Source of the DNA: Planctomycetota bacterium
GTDB taxonomy: Bacteria; Planctomycetota; UBA8108; JACQVS01
Length of the DNA stretch: 64,000 nt
Reading direction: 5' to 3'
Assembly (NCBI GenBank): GCA_028280485.1
Contig: JANQLS010000048.1
Coordinates: 5,577 to 69,576, forward strand
In this document: positions 58,259 to 64,000 of the stretch, piece after piece
Position numbering within the stretch: the first letter of the stretch is position 1
Layout: the number at the start of each line of letters is the position of its first letter
Program-made: the position numbers and the translations under genes
The notes under the pieces: model-generated
Seen by the model: the letters and a program-made list of their open reading frames with translations, nothing else
What the model was told of the DNA's origin: nothing
Databases searched by the model: none

Positions 58259-59095
58259 ATGACACTATTCAAAAAACGATTCTTCCAATTGACACTGATC
58301 GCATTTGTAGGTTTGATCTTCATTGCTGGGCTTAATTGGGATGCTTTGGTTATGGAATACAAATTGTGGAGAAATTTCAAAAGCTTAGGATTGAACAATC
58401 AGGGTTATCGAGAATATGAGCATTTAAAGTCTGATATCGTGATGGTTCTACTTCCTGGTGGTGTGTTTAAGATGGGAAGTCCAGTAGATGAAGAGGGGCG
58501 AAATGAAAATGAAGAGCTCCAACGTAAAGTGACACTCCCGGCTTTTTTAATTGGTAAGTACGAAGTTTCACAAGGGCAATGGGAGAGGATTATGGAGATA
58601 AACAACTCTAAAAACAAAAAAGATAAACTCCCTGTAGATTCTGTAACTGGGGATAAGTGCATTGAGTTTTGTGAGAAAACTGAGTTAAGCCTACCAACTG
58701 AAGAGCAATGGGAATATGCCTGTAGAGCTGGAACCTCCACTCCATTTTCATTCGGATCTACAATTACATACGACCAAGCAAATTTTTTTGTTATGAATCC
58801 AGCTAACGGGAAATCAGGTGTTCAGGCGCGGGGAAAAACGATCCCGGTAGGTAGTCTTAAGCCTAATCAATGGGGGATTTTTGACATGCACGGAAATGTG
58901 TGGGAATGGTGTACTACGAAGGAAAAGCAGGGCACAGTGACGTCAGATATCGAGGAGGATAAGCCGAAGAATATTATGCGTGGAGGATCTTTCGCTCATT
59001 CAATATATTATGCCCGATCCGCTCAACGTAAGATCCTGGAGCAGGGTATTGTCAGGGGGACGGTTGGTTTTCGGGTTGTGTGGAATTTCGATTAG
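58259..59095 (+). CDS. Membrane-anchored FGE-sulfatase (CLec-fold) domain protein
   Basis: MVLLPGG.F.MGS, LPTEEQWEYACRAG, PN.WG.FDMHGNVWEWC, RGGSF...RSA.R...GFRVV. ATG at 58259. Confidence 0.93.
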   Translation: MTLFKKRFFQLTLIAFVGLIFIAGLNWDALVMEYKLWRNFKSLGLNNQGYREYEHLKSDIVMVLLPGGVFKMGSPVDEEGRNENEELQRKVTLPAFLIGKYEVSQGQWERIMEINNSKNKKDKLPVDSVTGDKCIEFCEKTELSLPTEEQWEYACRAGTSTPFSFGSTITYDQANFFVMNPANGKSGVQARGKTIPVGSLKPNQWGIFDMHGNVWEWCTTKEKQGTVTSDIEEDKPKNIMRGGSFAHSIYYARSAQRKILEQGIVRGTVGFRVVWNFD

Positions 59096-59199
59096 ATGAG
59101 AGAGGGCTAATATTTGAGAGTAGCGATAGAAATTCCTTTTGCTCTTTATAGAGTTCGTAGATCAATAACCATAAACATATGAAGAGACACAGTAAGTAA

Positions 59200-59700
59200 A
59201 TGAAAAATTTAGGATTATTATTAGTGTTCGGGTGTCTCTTCGGTTGCGAAAAGAAAGATAAAATCACCTCTAATCCCTTAAGTGAAAAAATAATTCGAGA
59301 CGTTTACGACTGCTCTGATGAATTATCTCTAATGCTAGTAACCAGCGGTAAAGATCCTAAAAAATTCACTTTAGAAGGAATAGGGGGAACTGTTAGTTTT
59401 GGGAAATCATCAGAGATTATCAAGAAGCTCGAATCGATTGGGTTTAAGCACAACAAAGAAATCGAAGCTGAAATGCAAAAAATGTTTCCAGGCATGTCGA
59501 TCGGTCCTTCTTTATTTCATCCTGATCATCTCTCGTTCCAGGTGGATTTAATCGCTGACCCCGTCGGTCAAATTGCCTTTTCACAGGATATTAACATTGG
59601 ATTCCTTCACAAAATGTGTGCGGCCCTTAAAGTTGAAGGGGAGGTAATCATCTTTGATGCTAAAAGCGGAGTTATTTATCCAATTCCTAAGATTGATTAA
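59200..59700 (+). CDS. Hypothetical lipoprotein
   Basis: LFGC lipobox. Confidence 0.78.
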   Translation: MKNLGLLLVFGCLFGCEKKDKITSNPLSEKIIRDVYDCSDELSLMLVTSGKDPKKFTLEGIGGTVSFGKSSEIIKKLESIGFKHNKEIEAEMQKMFPGMSIGPSLFHPDHLSFQVDLIADPVGQIAFSQDINIGFLHKMCAALKVEGEVIIFDAKSGVIYPIPKID

Positions 59701-59785
59701 TTTATTTTTTTCACTCAGGTTTTCAGCATAGCCTGAATTTAAATTAAAAATTCTATTTGGCGAAGCGATTAAAGTAATTGGGAGT

Positions 59786-60199
59786 ATGTCTGCATTGTCA
59801 AAAATCGTTAAACTCCTGAAGATTTATAATGAATCCAGTTTTCAAAGCCTTTTGCTGGAGAAGAAGTTTGTTGCATTAGTCACCTCCGATCTGAGTGAAG
59901 CGGGACATCAGGCTATGATACGATATGTGAACTTATGGAAAGAATCTTCAAATCAACTAAGTCTCTCTTCAATTCGGATGGCCTTAATTTTGTTAGATGG
60001 TAGAACGCTCGATGTCGTTTACGATTGGATTAAAGAGGTTGGAATGGAATGCATTTATCTCGAAGGTGATACAAGGATTCATATCGGGGTGAGTCCAAAA
60101 TTCTTTTGGGTGAAAGATGGTCGTATAGTCAACTGGAAGAGTGTTTCTAGGTGCGATTTAGATTCTTTCTGTTCTGAGACGGTTTCGATATTAAACTGA
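59786..60199 (+). CDS. Hypothetical protein (possible degenerate thioredoxin fold)
   Basis: GGGAG RBS. P.FFWVKDG.IV strand motif. Confidence 0.65.
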   Translation: MSALSKIVKLLKIYNESSFQSLLLEKKFVALVTSDLSEAGHQAMIRYVNLWKESSNQLSLSSIRMALILLDGRTLDVVYDWIKEVGMECIYLEGDTRIHIGVSPKFFWVKDGRIVNWKSVSRCDLDSFCSETVSILN

Positions 60200-60242
60200 G
60201 ATCGTCATTACCCCATTTGAAATATTTATACTTCAGATCAAA

Positions 60243-61592
60243 ATGAATAACTTTACTAACGAACCATCAGAACACTCCCCACAACAGAAATGGCGAGATC
60301 TTACCTTAAATTATGTCAAGGCGGTGAACGAGTATGTTGAAAAGGGGCATCAAGATGGATGGGATACGGCGGGTCCTGAGCCTGAAGATCCAGGTAGAGA
60401 AGATCTTGTTGAATCTTTGTTGGAGGCCATTCGTAGGGCAAATTTTGCTGGTGATACTAGTGATATTGAAAAATTAAGGAATGATTGGCCTCCTGCTCAA
60501 AGGCCCTTGATCGAGATTTTAGAGAAGCAGGGACAAAGTCTGCCTCTGGTTTATTTATTGCCCGATGATTCAATCCTTTTGCGGATTGGATCCGAGTATC
60601 AAAAGGGGAAAACAGTTCGAATAAGTGGTGATGAAGTTTATGAATTGGAGGAGGTCGGTTTTTTCGGGAGAAGCCCAAACCGTCGATATTTTGCTATTTC
60701 CAGAAAAGAAGGAGTGGAAATAATTGATGGTTGGGAAGGTCCTCAAGTGACGATGTGTCTCTGGCCCACAGGCTTAGAAAACATTCCTAAGGGTTATGAG
60801 GTGAACCCATTAACGAAACCACCAACCCCTACAAGATTAATTCCATTTCCTGATGGCACTCAAGTCTTGATTGTTAGTGATGATGGTATTTTTGTTTCTT
60901 CTCCAACTTCGGTTAAAAGAATTCATCCAACTCAAGAAGATCTTCGAGTAGAGTTTGATTATGAATTGGAAGATGATCCTGATGAAGAATTAACTGTTTC
61001 GATAAGTATGGCACACGGAGCGATTTCAAATTCGGGTGACTTAATTGCTGTGGGATCACAAGACAGCACTCATCTTGTGTTTGATCGAAATTTTAATCTC
61101 ATTGCAAATATAGGGAATCTAAGTGAGTATCCACACTACAGTCTATTCAGTTCAGACGATGAAATGATCGTCTTCAATTCTTGTCATTTCTACAATGGTA
61201 TCACTGTAGGAGTTCCTACTTCTTTGCTACCAGGGTTGGTAACTGAAAAATATGAAGAAGACGAGAGGGTGCCAATTCTTGAGGACATATCAAGAGTTTA
61301 CGCGGGCGTGAGTAATCGAGATGCATTTATTCTCGGGAATGGTGATGGAGACGTGGTTGCTGTCGATACGGATGGAAATGTTCTGTGGCACCAATTCATT
61401 GGCTCATCCGTTGGTAATATTGATATTTCTAATGATGGAAAAACCTTAGTTGTTTCCACTTATGCTGGATTTGTATCGATTTTTAAATTAGATGCAGGGA
61501 AACAAGCACCCCATCAAATTGGGAATGGAAACCATTTAGAGGTGAGGCGCTGGATCTTTTGGAAGGATGAAGAAAAACCTTTAAGATGGTAA
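60243..61592 (+). CDS. Acidic cytoplasmic beta-propeller-like protein
   Basis: HGA.S..G.LIAVGSQDS.H, SEYPH...FS.D....FNSCHFYNG.T, DIS.DGKTLVV.TYAG. Confidence 0.85.
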   Translation: MNNFTNEPSEHSPQQKWRDLTLNYVKAVNEYVEKGHQDGWDTAGPEPEDPGREDLVESLLEAIRRANFAGDTSDIEKLRNDWPPAQRPLIEILEKQGQSLPLVYLLPDDSILLRIGSEYQKGKTVRISGDEVYELEEVGFFGRSPNRRYFAISRKEGVEIIDGWEGPQVTMCLWPTGLENIPKGYEVNPLTKPPTPTRLIPFPDGTQVLIVSDDGIFVSSPTSVKRIHPTQEDLRVEFDYELEDDPDEELTVSISMAHGAISNSGDLIAVGSQDSTHLVFDRNFNLIANIGNLSEYPHYSLFSSDDEMIVFNSCHFYNGITVGVPTSLLPGLVTEKYEEDERVPILEDISRVYAGVSNRDAFILGNGDGDVVAVDTDGNVLWHQFIGSSVGNIDISNDGKTLVVSTYAGFVSIFKLDAGKQAPHQIGNGNHLEVRRWIFWKDEEKPLRW

Positions 61593-61614
61593 TTAGAATT
61601 ACACGAAATGACAT

Positions 61615-61992
61615 ATGCCTTCCAATCCTAATATTAAAAACAAGAAAATCTACTTTTTAACTATTCCCCTTGTCATCGCAGGCGTTGGGGCCATGTGGAT
61701 ACATCCAAGCTTGTTTGATTTCCTCGAACGAAAGGTGATTCAGAATGAATACGGAATGGAAGCATGGGAAAGTGGGCTTCGGGTAATTGACAACAAAGGT
61801 AACCTTTCTGATGGATCCGCACTTTCTGGTTCAAATGAATTCATTCTATACGTTGGAAGCTTCATTTTGACAGTTCCTATTTTCTTGCTCACTGGAATAG
61901 GTCTTAGTATTATTTTTATGAAAATCCTCAATATCAGTTATAAGGAGATAAAAGAAATAGCTGAATCAGCCTACGGGCGTTCACTCAAGTAG
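61615..61992 (+). CDS. Two-TM membrane protein
   Basis: Two hydrophobic helices around a short loop. Confidence 0.7.
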   Translation: MPSNPNIKNKKIYFLTIPLVIAGVGAMWIHPSLFDFLERKVIQNEYGMEAWESGLRVIDNKGNLSDGSALSGSNEFILYVGSFILTVPIFLLTGIGLSIIFMKILNISYKEIKEIAESAYGRSLK

Positions 61993-62012
61993 AGGGATAT
62001 CTTGTTGATCTT

Positions 62013-63686
62013 CTATCTTCCAGAAGGTTCTGATATTGGTTTTTCTAAAAGCGGATTCTTTAAAAACCAAGTACGAATATCTTTGATGATCTTAATTCGC
62101 TCCCAATCTTCGCAATTAGATATTCTTGAACAAAAGAAACCTTCGGTGAAATCAGTGTTCGCCATTTTTCTAAGAACGATTAACGCAATATCTTGATTGC
62201 GAAGGATCGTCCTGGAGGGGTAAAAGTCTCTCCAATATTCAACGCAACGGACTGGCCTTCGATCTTCGAGCATTTTTATGAGAGTTGGAACGGCAACTTC
62301 ACCCAATTCTAAAAAATCCAATGCGGGATTTTCTGCTGTGTTTGAATTTAAGGTGCCTGATAAGGGATGGCAAGCTCCGGGTTGAGAATACTGGTAGGCA
62401 ACGAGATCTCGTAGTGAATAGGTTAAATACTGAAGCCTTTTTTCAATTGGAAGATCTTTCGGATGGGTTGGAGCTTTCCAATTACGATCCTCTTCATTCA
62501 TGGTGGAAAGTAGAGTGGCTAACTCTTTTGACTCCTCTGCATAATCAGAGTCGGGGTGCTCCTGTTCTACTTTGCGAAATAGCTTCTCTGCTTGAATTCG
62601 ATCTCCTTTTCTCTGGAGAACGGTAACGGCTTCTAAGAATAGTTCCCAACCAGAAAGCCGAACTTCACTCGATCGAGATTCCGCTTTAGTTATTTTTTTA
62701 AACCTATTTTCAGATTGGTGGCCTAGCCAAGTTCTCCACCGATCAGTATCCCAATCAAAATTTTTTCCAGAGGCATTTTTGAGATAATAAACTCCAAGAT
62801 GCCCTTTTCCATTTTCACAGGTTTTGATTATTTCTAAAAATGATGAACGCTTGCCTTTTTTGGCTAATGCGTAATGTAGAGCAAGCTTCTCGTGAAACCC
62901 GGTTTCATTTTTCAGCATTTTTTCAAAGAGGGGAACATCTTCATCTGTTTCTTGTTCCGCAAGGAATTCAATCATTTCAGTTTTAATTCGACCGGATTCA
63001 CTTTCGACTTGTTGTCGGAAAAAATCGATTCTTGAGTCTAAACCGGAATTGATGCAGCTCAAGATCCAGACTCCCCAAAATCGAATATCGGGATTTTTGT
63101 GAACAGCAAGCTTAAATGCCTCTTGAAGAGCTGTTGAGGTGTTGATTTCCATTAAGATGGTGGCGGCTTCCTGGGAGTAAGTCGCCATCACCTCTTCTTC
63201 ACCATCAACCGAGCCGAATTTGATGAGCTGGGGTTCTTGTTCGAGGATTATGTTGACTAAGAACGGAACGACATCATCGGATCTACGAGCTAATTCTTTT
63301 CCCGATTCATCTATTCTGTCTTTAGCGTACTCTAAAAAGAGTGACTCAGAGCTTCGATATTCTAGGGATAGACAAGAGGAAAGAGTAACGATTGAAGATA
63401 GAAGAAATAGGTTTTTAGACAAAGATAAATGCTTCCCCGTGAGAAGTGACAACCGAAGAGTCACCGCTAAATAGCTCGAAATCGATTCAAGAGTTCTGCT
63501 TAATATCATAATTCGAGTTGAACTTAACATTTCACCTTCTTTCTTGAATGACCTTATTCGATATCCGTTTCCCATAATAACCTCTACCCAGTAATCCTGT
63601 GAGTTATAATATGGACTCTTTGTATACCCAGCACTCACCGGATAGATAATTTTTAGAACTTGTTTTCCCCAATTCAAATGCAACAA
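62013..63686 (-). CDS. HEAT/TPR-containing exported protein (true start probably well downstream of 63686)
   Basis: Lipobox-like TLSSC near residue 105, HEAT units, A...F..V...HP.S.YA, L.D....Q.SQPG. Confidence 0.78.
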   Translation of the reverse strand: MLHLNWGKQVLKIIYPVSAGYTKSPYYNSQDYWVEVIMGNGYRIRSFKKEGEMLSSTRIMILSRTLESISSYLAVTLRLSLLTGKHLSLSKNLFLLSSIVTLSSCLSLEYRSSESLFLEYAKDRIDESGKELARRSDDVVPFLVNIILEQEPQLIKFGSVDGEEEVMATYSQEAATILMEINTSTALQEAFKLAVHKNPDIRFWGVWILSCINSGLDSRIDFFRQQVESESGRIKTEMIEFLAEQETDEDVPLFEKMLKNETGFHEKLALHYALAKKGKRSSFLEIIKTCENGKGHLGVYYLKNASGKNFDWDTDRWRTWLGHQSENRFKKITKAESRSSEVRLSGWELFLEAVTVLQRKGDRIQAEKLFRKVEQEHPDSDYAEESKELATLLSTMNEEDRNWKAPTHPKDLPIEKRLQYLTYSLRDLVAYQYSQPGACHPLSGTLNSNTAENPALDFLELGEVAVPTLIKMLEDRRPVRCVEYWRDFYPSRTILRNQDIALIVLRKMANTDFTEGFFCSRISNCEDWERIKIIKDIRTWFLKNPLLEKPISEPSGR

Positions 63687-63688
63687 AC

Positions 63689-64000
63689 ATGGAAGTCTTA
63701 AAGTCTATTGTATTAGGGCAAGAACTTTGTACGGCTGCTTCGAGAGGAGATGAATTGATCGTAAAATCTCTGATTGAACTTGGAGCTCCTGTTGATGGTC
63801 CTTACTTTTTAGAAGGAGCACAGCCATACCTCAGTAGGGGGCAGGAAAAAATCGGCTTGCTCTTTGAAGACGATCCTTTTGAAATTGAGGGCTTTCATGG
63901 AGATGTATTACAAAATTTCAAGTTAGCGGCAGTGAACTCAATCAACGGTCCCGAAGATTCGTGTATTCCCTTTTTTTGTGCCTTGAGTTCGGGATCGAAA
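63689..64000 (+). CDS. Ankyrin-repeat protein, paralog of 29014 (runs off the window end)
   Basis: MEVLKSIVLGQELCTAASRGD..IVKSLIELGAPVDGPYFLEG...PLFCALSSGS aligns with MDPIKATILGQLLCRASS...LIDLGAPPGGHFFIEG...PLFCAINSGS. Confidence 0.85.
   Translation, partial: MEVLKSIVLGQELCTAASRGDELIVKSLIELGAPVDGPYFLEGAQPYLSRGQEKIGLLFEDDPFEIEGFHGDVLQNFKLAAVNSINGPEDSCIPFFCALSSGSK

Noticed and set aside
36872-59095. Complete diversity-generating retroelement
   Set aside because: No reverse transcriptase, no avd and no AAC-rich template repeat matching any FGE 3' end was seen.
14712-64000. Active integron or superintegron array
   Set aside because: No intI, mixed gene orientations and no recurring attC family. 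Scattered GTTRRRY heptamers (e.g. ~36846, ~56971) are expected by chance. Only one degenerate candidate was kept.
1-64000. CRISPR array, rRNA or prophage structural genes
   Set aside because: No regularly spaced direct repeats, rRNA-like sequence or phage hallmark proteins were found.

Overview
AT-rich bacterial DNA, most likely from a Planctomycetota genome. This is inferred from a planctomycete-type ECF sigma/Ser-Thr kinase pair, RGD-N-DG dockerin-like modules, CCCTCGCT..GCTTCGGGCT REP elements and many FGE/HEAT proteins. The window has three zones. (i) 1-6.2 kb is a mobile-element junction: kinase/ECF plus secreted proteins, then a 3' half of tRNA-Pro(GGG) flanked by inverted arm-like repeats, a decayed IS3 (IS407-type) and an unannotated 35-aa membrane-peptide transcription unit. 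(ii) 6.3-14.1 kb holds an atypical DeoR-like regulator and an SDR/photolyase/small-membrane-protein cluster. (iii) 14.7-64 kb is a ~50-kb run of about 60 small genes, mostly lipoproteins or membrane-anchored proteins, with no housekeeping or mobility genes. At least seven paralogous families are interleaved here (YceK/YidQ x5, HEAT scaffold x3, 'YWIWKL' x4, FGE/CLec x3, pentapeptide x2, ankyrin x2, CxxC lipoprotein x2) among immunity-like genes, pseudogenes, MITE/REP-like hairpins and one degenerate attC-like site. The best candidate for something new is this diversified envelope-protein repertoire, with a shared N-terminal anchor and a conserved-frame/variable-insert architecture. No CRISPR array, rRNA, intact tRNA, integrase or reverse transcriptase was seen. 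All family assignments are by eye, not by database search.
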